Source: Pocillopora damicornis (Eukaryota). From it: a stretch of DNA of 64,000 nt. Under the pieces are notes generated by a model, which saw nothing but the letters and a program-made list of their open reading frames with translations, made no database searches and was not told the DNA's origin. The position numbers and the translations under genes are program-made. Location of the stretch: the NCBI RefSeq assembly GCF_003704095.1, contig NW_020844518.1, forward strand, positions 186,001 to 250,000, in the 5' to 3' direction. The stretch's first letter is position 1. Each line of letters starts with the position of its first letter. This document shows, piece by piece, positions 44,401-58,002 of the stretch.

Positions 44401-47400
44401 TATCAACTAGAGCTGTCAAGTAGAGGAGACACTTAGCGGTTTTTTCCCCTTTTTTATCTCCAAGGTGTCAGCAAATGTGACGGAAATTTTTGTGTTTTAA
44501 TCTTTAGACGCGAATCCCTGAATAAACACCTCGTCACTGAGAAAGGAAATAGAGATCGTAACTTAACACCTGCCCTCGTAAACACGCAGGAAATTATTCA
44601 TTGACAGACCTGAAGTGCTTGCTTCAACAGGAAAATTAGCGAAAAACGTGGTTTTAAGCCAGTTCTTTGGAGTAATAGAACGTGTTGCATCACGAGTTTA
44701 CCGGCGAGTTCGCCATATTCGATTCAGAGCCATAGAAACCCATTGACCCTACTTATAAAGGTGAGTATTGGTTAGTTATATTTGTTCTGTGAGATGAAGA
44801 GAATACTCATCAAATTGAATTACGGTAAGAGCCATTGCAGAAAAAATTGAGATGTCGGGCTTATGTAATTTGTTTCGATGTTATCTCGTTTATTATGTCT
44901 GAGCAGATTCCGGATGGTTCGTGTCGCTGGAATAGATTTGAACTCGACTAATTTAGCCCCTAATATCTTATAGTATATCGTCACTTTAGTATTGTTTATT
45001 GTGTCACTATTTTTGTATTGCCACCGTTCCATAATTGAGATTTTGTCACAAGTAACTACGTTTCTTGAGGAAATGTTTCAAAAAATTTCCCCCGATGTTT
45101 ATTGTTCAACCTAATTCACAACACCCAGGAAATGCGTCAGTAGTTTGTACTTCATAACAAAAAAATTAGCGCAGACTTTATTTAATTTAAACTTGCTAAT
45201 TATGTTAAATATACAACACATTTTTGCCAAGGATACATGTACAAACAGCCATAAAATATCGAAACACTAATATATATATATATCGGCTTAACTATTAAAT
45301 TTTCTGGGGGCCAAGGTTAGATAAAGTATACAGTCTCCATATTTTGGACGGATTGATTTTCCTAGATCATTTTCTGATGATTCAAGCTGTTGTTTTGAAT
45401 GTGCTTAGGCATGTTCAATTTGCTTCGTTTGAGTTTTCCAAGCTTTGATCTCAAGAAAAACTGCGCTGCACATCGAAAGAGCTTTATTAAGTCATGTGAC
45501 CGTAACAGGTCGCCATTACTCTGGCGTAAAATACTCCAAAGGCCAAATATTGCCGAGTTTCATAAGGTTCATTTGGATGTGTTAGACCCCTGCGGCCTAG
45601 AACTGCCGACAAATTCTGCCAAGTAGTACGCATGTACAGTAGTAAAACTGTGCGCGAAAGTTAGTGCACGGAAACCGTCACTAACTTTTTCCTGATATTA
45701 CATGAGAGGGCAAATATTTGCCCGCGGTTGACAACACCTCCGGTTCGAAATATATTCCACGCCATCTCCCGGATTGTATTTCTTTTCCTTTTTCGTGTTA
45801 TCACGACTACCATCACATTCTTCGCTTCTGTGGTAAGCAACGAGATAAGTAAGTTACTGGCCTGAAAACAAATCATGGAAAACCAAAACAATAAGATTTT
45901 TATTAGTTCCAGGCTTTCAAACAACGATATTCGATCTGCTCTCTTGCACCAAATGACACGTGCTAATTGAAATAATTTGCCGCAACAAAAGACAGTAGTT
46001 TTTAGGGCATCACAATAACGTCTTTGACATGAAGCGATGACAGTTCATAAGGCGACTCATTTCAACAGACATCTGTCAACAACTTTATTTATGAGCACCT
46101 TTTGAGACAAAAAAATTTAAACTCCAACTAAACGTGGTGATTCCCTTGTCTGTTGCAAACTAAATCTGGTGTCAACTGAGAATAATTCCATTGCAAGAGA
46201 TTCTACGGTTGTTGTAGGAACTATTTCAAGTATACCCACCATTTAAAAGAGGTGAGTCTAACGCGATGCCTTAGTGTGACACTTTGTGCTATTCAAAGTT
46301 ATACGCTGGGCAGGTATCGCCATAGTTCATCGTGTACATGACTGAAAGGCGTGATTTCGAACGTATTAAACTACCAATTGATAAGTCTAGAAATTTCATT
46401 GTCCTTTTAAAAGAAAGATAAGATAAAAGAGATAAGGTTCGGAGAGAATGCTAACAAAAGGTCCCTCGTATGGAGTCTGTACGGCGTCGTATTTTACAAA
46501 CCCCTCGGGCCAGTTTAAGCCTCGCGATATTGTCCTTCAGAACAATGGCTCGTGGGCCGTAAAATATGTTGTGGTTTACCAACAATACTCAGCAACTAAC
46601 TATCTTCCTTACGCGTCGTTGGAGAAAAATAAACGCTATATCATTGCGCTTTTTATTAGCATCACAATGTAATATTTACGCGGTGCTGTTTACCTTGTCA
46701 TATCCGGTCAAAAGAGGGGGCGAAAACGCTTCATGCAATCGTCGTTTAAAATTGCCATGATTTCGGAGAAAAACTTGACTGGAGAACATCTTTAAGGTAT
46801 TTTGACCTTTAAATTTACGTTATTGCTTCCTAACTATTCCTTCAAGTGGAGTGTAAATACAGTAGTTGAGTTACTTTTCGATTAGATAACAATAACAATT
46901 TTAAGGGGTCACATGATAAAGAGATTAAGAATTGGAAAGGTTTAGCACAGACCATGAAAATCGACGAACGCGTCCTTCTAAGATAAGAATGCCAAACTCG
47001 TTAAGAGCGTTTATATTATGCCCCTAATGAGAATGTTAGCGTTAATCTTTAGCATAACGTTCATTTTAGGTGGCAAAGGGCGAAACTATCATGTTTGTCT
47101 ATAAACCGGATTGTGTTAAAATATGTCACTTTAGGAAACATCTCAGTGATGTCTCGCAACAAGGATTCTATGATTTAGTAAAGACTTCTTAAACAGGCAA
47201 ATCTTGTTTAAAGTTGCTTCGGTTAGCAGATTCTCCACTTGAGTCTTATAATCCGGAAGACTGTAACAACTAGAACTTCATGGGGTGCGATCCTAGACTG
47301 AAAAAAACTGAGCAAAAGTACATTAGAGGGATCAGCGACGTCAATGCACACAAAACCGACAAACCTACTTCAATGTTATTCGATCGAAGAGTTTTAATGT

Positions 47401-50400
47401 GCGGTTGACGAATTAATTGTGCCAAGCGTTGATCGATAGAGAATGACTTCTCTGCCTTTCTATTGTGAAATTTCCTTGGCCATTCGTACGGTTAATCCAA
47501 AATCATTTTCTATTTTATGCTGGCGTCCACTGACACAATCGCAGTGTCTTTGCATAACAAATGCTTTTTACGCTGGACACACGCACGGTTGACTTCACCT
47601 GTCACGTCCGATAAATATCGAGTGTTAAATCCTTCAGTGTAAACAGGTCACGGTCGCAAGAAAAAATTTTTTTGCTGTTGAAAAAAATTAAAAATACTAT
47701 GAACTCGGACCGGAGGAGCGTGATCTACAAGAGCTACTAAACATGTGCATCTTGGAAAGTTTAGACAAGTTCGTCGTTTGCCAATCTTCTCCATTCTTAA
47801 CGAGTCTTGTTTACGTATATTGTTCCCTCTGAAAGGCTTCCTTAAGTTTAAGGAATCAAATTTTTTTTACGGCTTCGATCCTTAATTCCAAGTTGCATGT
47901 AGTTCCGTATTGCTCGTCACAAGGAACGTCTACACGGAAAGTAAGGGAACTCACGTGCAAAAAACACCGAGTTTAATTAAATGAACGTTGGATATCATTT
48001 TTCACCATAAGCCTATTTTAGCAATTTTTAACTGAAAGGATTTAGCTTTAAAAGGTTTAAAAACTTTGGCCGGTCATTGGATGGGCGACCGCTCTGGCAC
48101 TGGAGAGAAAGCATGCACGGATTATCAAAGCGATGAAGATAAACAACATAGCCAACTAGGATCTCCAAACAAAACAAAAACTAATAAACAACAGACAAAA
48201 GTAGACAAACACGCTTCATTTTGTTTTCCTCCGCAAACTTCTCTTTAAGATCTTGGGAAATCGCGTGCGTTTACTAGCTTCCGATATCAACTTTTCCCGC
48301 AATATCCGATGAACTCCAAAATTAAAGCTGATATTGAACATCCAAATCTGCTCGATCGCTAATATTTGATGAGGTAGCACAAAGGGTCTTTTTGAAAATG
48401 GAATTGAATTTTGCAATGAATATCACAGACAGGAATGTACGTACTCTACTTTTTGTTCCTACCTATGGTTTATCATTAATTATTTGTTCATTGTTGTTGC
48501 AAGGGGAAATTTCCTGTGCTAGGTTAATCAATGCATTGATTGCTACGTGTTTTTCTTGTTCGTGAAGAGTGATTTTTTTCTTTACTGTTAAGAAGGTTAA
48601 CCTTACCAACTGCCAACTTAAGAGGCGGCCTCCTCCTCGGTCTTCAAAGCCTTATAAATCACTTTTAGTTGATACAATTTATTTTGAATAAAATTTCAAA
48701 TAATGAAACGGGAATTTTCGTTGATGGACGACTTAAAACAAAATTAACTATCTCGAGTTGTCACTACAAGGATCACTTTGGCACTGCTTATACTAACAAG
48801 TGCATACAAGACATTTGTCTAAAACTTTGAATATTGTGATCCAATTTATCAAACACTAATTATATGTACTGCAATGTAGTGTCAACTGTTTGACGAATAA
48901 ATGTTTCTTTTGTCAGCCACTTATAGAGTACAACCAATAAATATAATTTGGATTTACAGAATTGCCTCGATTCAAATCCGTATACCAATAAAATGATTTC
49001 AACTCGTTATACCTGTGACGCCCTTCAACATCATTGAAATAGTCCTAATCGTTTTATATCCTTTGTTTCCGTCACGTTGGGGATCAAAAAGTGCTATCTT
49101 TTTCGCACGTGCACAAAGCATGTTACCTCTGTCGAAAACACTTCCGATCCCAAACATCCTCACAACTTTTTTTCATATTACGTTGCCAGAAAGTGTCCAA
49201 ATTCTAAAACAGGTCAAAAATTGAGAAAAACTGTCATTTTAACGGACAAATGTAGACATATACTAATATTGATTGTCTTATTACTTCCAATAGCCTTTGA
49301 GTTTAGTAACACTCGGTTGAAGCTGGTACGTGCCTTTGTACTTGTATGCACTTGTAGTAATATTTTTCACAAGTGCTCATCATTCTCATATATATAGATA
49401 TCGTTTCACTCGGAAATTCGATCTTATCTCGGAACTAATAGTTACAAGGATGGCAAGAATTGTTTTCGCATTTAGAATAGAAGTATTTCTTTCCCTTTAC
49501 ACACAAAATAGCACTTACTAATGGCGCCATTAGTCTCTTTATTCATGAAATTTTCACGAATACTGCTTTGATTGCGTCTGGCGTGGGCCATTTCTTAGGT
49601 TCAAGGCCACATTTTTTAACGGCCGAGTGGTGATTCGACGAAACAGAACATCCCGCCTTCGCACGAAATCTCTTGCGGGCGTTTTAAAATGTGACAAAGT
49701 CCTCATCTCTCACTAACACTTTGATGATGGGTAGAATTCGAAAATTGCAAAGTAAAAACAACCAGAAATAAGCTTTTAAAGATCGAAATTTGTTTCAAAA
49801 CGTTTAACATAGACAGTTGATGATTGATGGCTTGAAGTATGTGATAAATAATTGTTTTAACTGACGTATCAAGGCTTGAGACATGGGAAATCATGTATTT
49901 AAATTATAACGAGTGGTTTCTGGCCAAAAGGCAACGATTCACAGAAAAATGTTAATTGCACAATTTGCTGTTGTTAGAAAGACATTTTAACCACATTGAC
50001 TAAAACATTCACTAAAAAAAACCCCGAATAACAAGAGAAACGTTAGTGGATCTCTAAGGTAAATTGTCTTTTTTTTAATCACTTATAATTATTCTCTGGT
50101 GAACCTCAGTATAAAGATAATATCTTAATACTTTTTATGTGCGAAATCTAGCTTCGTTTTTACAATCAACAATTTATATTTCGTTCGGTAGCTAGCATTG
50201 CCGTATCTTTCGGATTTTGTTTTATACTTTACAATATCGTAACGTTTCCGTGACACAAACTCTAAGAAGCGAAATCGGCTCGAGCCGGATTTTTTCCTTT
50301 TGTTCTTTCGGTTTGGTAAGCACGTCTTGAGTTTTAGTTATAGTGGCTAAAGTTTTAACACAGAAGGATTACACACAAACAAATATTCTTATATCCCTCT

Positions 50401-50956
50401 GAATCTCAGAATGGCATATGATAAACACGGTTAACTTTGATGTTCTTCTATTCTCACTCGAGCTTTACCTATTTTTAGTCAGATCTTTTTTGAGCCTCTT
50501 TGCAACATGCTTTAAGTGTAGGTAAAACGTGCTATTAAAGAGAATTTCGATAGATCCTTTTCCGTAAAGTCAGTGGTATCCCCAGATTATCGTAAGCTTT
50601 AAATTAATGCGCGTGTTTTATCAATGATGGTCCATCAAGTAGTACGGCCTGAAACAATACCTTCTCGTCTCACACAATCATTATGAACGTCAGAAACACT
50701 CGGATATCTATTTTAAGGTAAACTATGAAAAAACACAATATTGCAGTGATCAGGTTAATTTAAGTCAGCGTGCAAACGAGTTTGTCCTGCCGGTCTTTGC
50801 TTAAAAGGCTGGCATTGGGAGTCCTCGCGCATTCGGCAAGAACTATTTCGAACGAAGCATAACTGGCTGGTATGGTGTTTGTTAAGTGGTGAGACATGCT
50901 CCAATGCCCTTCTTTACATAGGTTTTTTTTTTCACAATCCACCGGCAATTTTGGCT

Positions 50957-52265
50957 ATGTTAATGGCGGCAAAATCTTCCTTTATTCCGCGTTGTGGCGA
51001 ACCCCACGACTTGGTGCGACAACCACGAGCTTTCTCTAANNNNNNNNNNNNNNNNNNNNNNNNNNNNNNNNNNNNNNNNNNNNNNNNNNNNNNNNNNNNN
51101 NNNNNNNNNNNNNNNNNNNNNNNNNNNNNNNNNNNNNNNCACCGACGATAAATAATGAATGGTCCCATAATTTTACAACTTTTCCCGTGCTTGTGGACCT
51201 GATTCGTTCTTAGTCGCTGTCTCGGTCGGATCCTAAGTGACATTTAACTCGCCTGCTCATCTTTAAACTCGCGGCTCTGATGGACTTCTTTATCAAATCT
51301 AATATTTTCCATAGCATGAACAATCCAATCAGCTACAGAGGTCAATTCCATGTTATGTTATCTTTTCTCTAAGTAAATTGAGGTAAATTAGATGACAGAG
51401 TTCCTAACTAGCGTGTTTTCTTCCATTCGACAGCAATCGTAGAAATATGCTCTGTGGGAGCCGGCTTAGTGAAAATCGCAGGAGTAGAAACCGAGTTCTT
51501 TCTTACAATCGATGATTCTGGAACTCTTCGCGCCACGGTGAGTCTAGATATAAAACGTAGATCTCTTATGAAAATAACTTAGAACAATAGAAAACCCATA
51601 CACTTTTGCAAAGAGTAAAGAACGTAGCTCCCGGTGTTGTGGTCTGGGCTTCTTGCTGTTTATCCAGGCCCCCATGTGAACCAGCTTTGAAGCTGAACTG
51701 GGCCAGCCTGTTTATGTATCGCTAATAAATGAATAAATAGGTGAATAAATACAATTAAACCATTTTAATTCAATCATTATCTATTTTCTAACAGGACGCA
51801 GACAGTGAGGAGTGCGTTTTTGAGGAAGTGATGGTGAAGGATTTCTATAGCGCTTACAAATCATATGCATATTCGAACGAACATTGGACAGTAGCAATCA
51901 GCGATAAGGATGGAAGAGCGTATTCTGCTCGTTGTCAAGGACTTCTTGATTCAGATCTCGAGGCGCATTCATTACCTGAGATGATGCCTGATAGCGACGC
52001 ATCTTCGGACGAGGAGTCTACATCAGAAACCCGAACATCACCCGAGGTTGACTCGGATACATCAGGCTTTGTAGGACTGGATGCATCGCGCTTTCTAGAG
52101 CAGCAAACTTCGCGTCTCTTTGATCTTCTCAATTTTGATCTAGAAGCGTGTTTAATGGCTGAGATACAAGAAGACGCGGGTCATGCTGTTGTGTTTCCCG
52201 ATAATAATACTGACATTGGACCATCTCTGTCCGAGATTCTACGCGAGTTAGGAACCAATTTGTAG
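50957..52265 (+). CDS. FGF: Fibroblast growth factor family protein, atypical, with acidic C-terminal extension
   Basis: Exon 51434-51537 is 104 nt, phase 1-0, like the canonical FGF middle exon (IVEICSVGAGLVKIAGVETEFFLTIDDSGTLRAT). Exon 51795-52265 carries EECVFEE (CxFxE), YSAYKS, WTVAI..DG and HSLP. Probable first coding exon starts at ATG 50957 or 50963 (MAAKSSF...LVRQPRAFS) and enters the N gap. Confidence 0.88.
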
Positions 52266-54790
52266 AGCGCACAAATAGCTTGCCTTGGAGCGTGCCCATG
52301 ACAGGGGATCCTGGTCACAAACGATTTTGTCTTTTTACGAGGCCAGCTGATATTTTTGGGGGCTGGAGGGGGGTTAGATTTTAAAGCGCGCTTCAGAGAA
52401 GAGCAATAATCTTACTGACCACTGAACTGGTGACTTTTGACTGTCATAACTCACCAGCAGATACGTAAGGATAGGAAAGCTCAAGCATCCTTTCTAATTT
52501 ATATAAGGGACTGGTCATTATTCGTCGCGAGGGAGGGGGGGTTGGGGGAGTTTGGTTGTGTCGCAATAAAAATTTACATGATCCTCTCCAAGGCAAGATT
52601 CCACTAGAATTCTCCGAACTTCTCTCTCCCCAGGCGATATTATGACTGGTTCCTAATGACATGCATCCGTGTTCAATTTTTATTGCTCGTGCACCTGATT
52701 TTTAAGCTACATGCAAAAACTGGTGTAATAGAGTTATTTTAGGGTTTTTTAGAACTTTCTTTCTCTTGTGATGAAACTACGCTGTAAACATGCCAAAGAT
52801 TTAAATTTCGTGTTGTGCTGAAATCTGTTTTTGTGTTTAGCAAAGAAAGTTTCTTCCTTTGTTGTGTAACTTTCAGCACCAATAACTGTTACAGTATCAT
52901 TTAAAATTTTTTTAATCGCTCTATTACCTGTGGGTATTATTTTGAATTAAGAGGTTATTTAAGTTATAAGAATGCTTTTATTGCGAAGGATTATAATATT
53001 TGTAATTTAACTATGTAAATAAATAGGTTTATTTGTGAAATGATACAAAGTAAAATTTTACATGTTGTTATGAACATTTTATTTGGCACCAGGTCTTAAC
53101 TTTCGTTCAGTTTTGACAGTTTATGATTTAAAAAGTTAAGAACTGTTAAGGATCGGTGAAAAACTGCTCAGATTTTTTTGGAAAATGAGTAAGTTTTTCT
53201 GTTATTTTGCAATCCGACTCAGCGACAGCAAATAGCGACGAGTGAGTGGAGATGAAATAGTTCACACACCTGCGCATCTGACGGGCTTAATTTTTTCGGC
53301 TTTGAGAAACTGTTCGGAAATTCGACTGTCTAATTCTCCTAATTAGGTGGATTTCTCTTTGGAGAATGTACGTTTGCGAGGTTCAGGTGTATTTGATCTT
53401 CTCACAAAGTGCCATTTCATTTTTCTCTTGTATGAATTCTTTTTGACGGCGACAAAGTGGTAACATGTAGAGAGGTTTCAACTTATCAGTCTTAAAAAAA
53501 AAAACGTGCTGAGAACTCAGTCATTTGTTCAACTATACGAAAGTTAACTTCCCGTCTTGTTGCAGCTTACGCTCTATCCTTCCTTTCTTGGATCCTAGTT
53601 GACCTTCAGTATATTTTACAAATTTTTTTTGGTCGCTATCTTCTCTCCATCTACACCAGATGGAGAAAGGAACTGCGCGAGTTAAGAACCATCCAAGAAA
53701 AAATACAATCTGGGAAGGGCCTCAACTCAAGAGGCACCACTGGGGTTCAGCCCTTCCTGATACGGAAGATCTCAACGGCTATTCGTTTTACTGCTGTAGT
53801 TCCCTCTAGAAAAGTTTTTTTTTAGTAATTCAGTCATCACTAATCTGAGGGTGTCAATGAGGTGATGGCTCTTACGGCTAACGGCAGGAGCCCACTGCTT
53901 TACTTGCTCCTGCTAACGGTTAAAATTTTGGGCATTTCATGGCTAACGGTTAATTTCTTTCCAATACCTTGAAAAATAAGTTGAATTCTTTTTTGAGCCA
54001 AGGATTAAAATTTGTCAATTTTTACGCTAACGGCTGATTTAATTTTGCAGTCTTACGTTAACACCATTTAGCGCCTTTGTTCTGCTCGGTGGTGCATTGA
54101 TATTAAGGCGAATTTACCCCCTGGTCACTGGAGCTAAGTATGTTCAAGGCCGCTTGACAGTGGGCCTCGAGCCCTTTAAACAGGGGTGAAACCGATTCTG
54201 AAAAGAAAGAAAAAAATGTAGAGGAAAGGGATAATTTCTGGGTCATTCTTTGCGCAGCTTGCATTTAAGGCTCAGTTACCTTCAAAGTAACTGAAAAGTA
54301 TTGAAAGACTGATTCCTCAAAAACGTCGACCGACCTACGCGCGAGAAGACAGTGAAGCTACATAAAGTGGTGTCATCGAAAGGAGCGGAACATTCATGTC
54401 AATTTACTGGAAAGTGGAATAATACCTNNNNNNNNNNNNNNNNNNNNNNNNNNNNNNNNNNNNNNNNNNNNNNNNNNNNNNNNNNNNNNNNNNNNNNNNN
54501 NNNNNNNNNNNNNNNNNNNNNNNNNNNTCCTTCGCAACGAGATCTTTAAATGGCGTGACCAGCCTTGTGTAGGTGTTGAGTTACAAGAGTTGACTGGCAC
54601 GCGAATTGATCGTGACAAGATTTTTATTCATGAATAGTTCAGACTTTCCTAAGTAAAGTGCTTAATATAAGGAATACCAGACACTTGAGTCAAGTCACGT
54701 GAATCGCTACTAATTAACGTAAGCTTCAAACGGCATTCTTAACTCCGATCGTCACTAAAGGAGCGTCAGAGTTTTTCGGGCGGTGTCAAA

Positions 54791-55249
54791 ATGAGCAAAA
54801 AACCAGTGTTGAGGGACGAAGGAATGCTTAAAGATATCTTCCAACTGTATGACACTACAGGAGGGGACAAAATTGACGTGAATCAACTCGGTCAGGTTTT
54901 GCGAGCGACAGGGTTGAATCCCACACAGAGCGAAGTCCAGAAAGTGGAAAGAGATGTTGGCAAGTCGACGGTTTCTTTCGAAGAATTCTTGCCGATATAC
55001 AACTCCGTTGCGCAGCACATGACAAGTGTATCAAGTGTGAGTCCTGAACAAGTTGTGGATTGTTTCAAACACTTCGATCGGGAGGGAAGCGGTAGTATTT
55101 CGTCCAGTATGCTACGTCATGTTCTGACTTCGTTGGGCGAGAAACTCACAGATGAAGAATTCGATGCTTTGTCGTCAGGCCATGTCAGCTCAAAAGGAGA
55201 AATTAGCTACGAGGTCTTCATACCTGCCATCATGGCAAACGCTGAATGA
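54791..55249 (+). CDS. MYL6: Myosin essential light chain-like EF-hand protein, single exon, 152 aa
   Basis: FQLYDTTGGDKID..QLGQVLRATGLNPT...SFEEFLPIY...FKHFDREGSG...LRHVLTSLGEKLT are essential-light-chain signatures; aaaATG context. Symbol indicates family, not proven orthology. Confidence 0.9.
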   Translation: MSKKPVLRDEGMLKDIFQLYDTTGGDKIDVNQLGQVLRATGLNPTQSEVQKVERDVGKSTVSFEEFLPIYNSVAQHMTSVSSVSPEQVVDCFKHFDREGSGSISSSMLRHVLTSLGEKLTDEEFDALSSGHVSSKGEISYEVFIPAIMANAE

Positions 55250-57777
55250 TAAAATGGGGAATTTTTTTTATTAAGATGATTCGACTTGCGAGCGAAATGG
55301 AGTGATTGTCAACTGAGAAACAATATCACCTAGGAATACTTGAGAGCTTTTATGTGACATGCCATGTTGACCCTTTGAAACGCGTTGAATTCTATCGCCT
55401 TTAAGTCCGCCTAATTGACCATCAAACTTGTAATCGTTAGTAATTTAGCGCCATAAATAACAAACTCCCTGGAGAGCAAACTACAGGCTTTCTGATAATT
55501 CTGTTCTTTATTATTGTAACCAGAAGAAACGAAGTTAAAGTCGAAATTGAGTTGTCAACACTATGAAAATATTTAGTCTTATAGACGCCTCGATATGTAA
55601 ACAAATGATGTTATATGATGGTCTGATAACACAGAGATATGGGAATTAGGAGACTTGTGAAATTCATTCACTTTTACGGTCTTTCATATGCAAAGGGTGA
55701 TAACTTATTATCTTGTTTCCGAACACGATTGGACGAGTTATGTTCCGTCAGACACTTCAGAAAACGCTCTTGGTAGAATTGAATACTATGCAAATTATGT
55801 AAACACGCAATAATGAGCAATAAATCTATATGTTGACTTTGATACGGAGCCTATTTTCAATAGATCGCAGCTTGAATTCTTCACTACCCAGGCTGTTTTA
55901 GTTCTCATGATATTGCACCTTTCCTTGAGATTTCGTATGATACGCAAATGGTACCCTTTGACAATCGACAAATTTTTGTTAGGTTGAACGGGTTTGACGT
56001 CAATAGCGGTGAATGCAACACCCGTCGGAATCTTTCAACTCCTGGAAAGGACTGGTAACTAATCAGAAAAGTCCAAACCGATCGACATCCTCATTCTTTT
56101 GGATCATGTTAGTATCTTAGCAACTACACACCTACCCCTCCCCTAACCAACATTAACTTTAGCATTGACAACATTAATTTATTATCCATTTTTTGGGTTA
56201 GGGGAGGGGAGGAGGCGCAGTTGCTTAGATACTGACCCATCAGTCCTTCCAAATTATCTTCATAAACAGCACTGCGCTGATAACACTTCGCACATTCTTT
56301 GCATATACTCAGAGCACTTTGTTGGGCACCTTGAACCTTTTTCATTCAATTTAACTGATAACACCTGGTTTCATACGACCTTTTATTTCCAATGCTGTCA
56401 CCAATCTGTATCATTTTATAAATTGAGGCACGTCAAGAGTTTCGTGCACTTTTTCTAAAAATTTGATTTTCTGGACCTTTGTGTTGCAGTGGTCCTTGAC
56501 GGCATCGCAAACGTCTAAATATGATAGAAATAAACAAAGTGGCTACAGGACGCAAGGCTTTAGCGTGCTCTATTTTGACGATGATCGAGGACGCGCGTAA
56601 TAGCAAAACAAAGTAAATATAACGGATGGCAGTTCATTGAATCTGTGATTCGTCAATTTCAATGATGTTCTCGACACTGCTAGCGTGAATGCATTTCTGT
56701 TCGTTAGGTGCCAATCCTTTAGCAATAATAACCCAAAAGTCTAGCTTTTTTCAGTTCAGGATTTTTTTTCCTCATTTTTTGCACCCAAAACCGACCTCGC
56801 TCGAAGACTCACTCTTATCTTGTTATTTTTCAGTCCTTTCAGGCTTGCATGACATCGGGACACGTGTTTGCGTAATGAAGCTAAGACAGCCTATAAATCA
56901 CGTGGCGGAATGGAACTTCAGAGTGTTAGAAAATTAAACTTCGCTTCCAAAGTTTGTATCCCACTAAGTGACACCCTTAAATTTCAACGGGAATGACTTC
57001 CCAAAGACTTCTATTCAGCTAATTACAATATCTAACCAACGGAAGGAGCGCAAATTTACGCTATCAGGAGCCCGGGTTGGTACATTCCAAAGAAATATTG
57101 TGCCTACACCCAACTTTACACCCATTGATTAAAACTGGACAACCCGAGCTCAAGTATAACAGCATTTTTCCTTTACCCTATAAATCCAGTCAGTGCCGTT
57201 GAAAATGTTTCAAAGATTGCGTGACTCTTCTAATTTGACACCTGACGTCATCTCACATGACACGCGATCTACTAGCTAATATTACAAACTTTGAAAATGA
57301 AATCTTCTTTATAAAACTTTATTCGAGGTTTCTAACATAACCAGTTTATTTTAAGATCAATTTTATTTCCTGTCAACCCGAGGGAAATTTGTATTGTAAA
57401 CTAAGCCTGAGAGCTTAAACATGATATTCCGCAAGGCAGCGATCATTACTTTCGTGTCGCAAGACAATTGCCGTCCTTGCCTCTTCCCGTGGTTTCGAAA
57501 ATTATCGAATGTTTTGTGAGAATTATCGAATTTTTTGGGAGAAGTATCGGCTCCAGAGGGAAAAAGGGAACACTAAAGCAGATTGCGTGACAATATTTGA
57601 TTGTTAGCAATTGTTCTTTGCCAAGTACAGTATGCAAAACACGGCTGGCCCAGCCTTCTTTGTGGGTGTATCCATAAAATATCAAGTTTCTCTTTACATT
57701 CCACGCCTCGTGAGTTTTGCCTCTTGAAAATTTAAAACCGACCGTCTGAGTCGAACCACTTCATTTCTTGTTATAAA

Positions 57778-58002
57778 ATGGCTGCGAATTGCGGATGGCT
57801 TTGGTCTTTTGTGTGGCTAATCATTCTGGTAGCCCTCGCCTGGCCTCTAGGAATTCTGGCTGCGGTATTATATGCGATATTTTCACCGTTCGCTGCTTGT
57901 TGTGCCCCGTGTACTGACTTTACTAACTTTCTTATGGAACACGGCGTTAAGTTGCCCTATACAGCCGCTAGTAACATGGTTCATGGACGAGCTGGTTGTT
58001 GA
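57778..58002 (+). CDS. Small Cys-rich membrane protein, 74 aa, unknown function
   Basis: aaaATGg start, higher GC than the flanks, long hydrophobic stretch broken by WP, then CCxxC and an amphipathic helix, C-terminal Cys. Confidence 0.75.
   Translation: MAANCGWLWSFVWLIILVALAWPLGILAAVLYAIFSPFAACCAPCTDFTNFLMEHGVKLPYTAASNMVHGRAGC

Noticed and set aside
44580-44760. First coding exon of the FGF
   Set aside because: The phase-compatible frame has TAG at 44733-44735 and no ATG after it; at most a UTR exon.
46448-46760. Short plus-strand ORFs upstream of FGF
   Set aside because: No recognisable domain or convincing splice pairing.
48067-48100. 5S rRNA-like fragment (TTGGATGGGCGACCGC)
   Set aside because: Too short, with no flanking 5S similarity.
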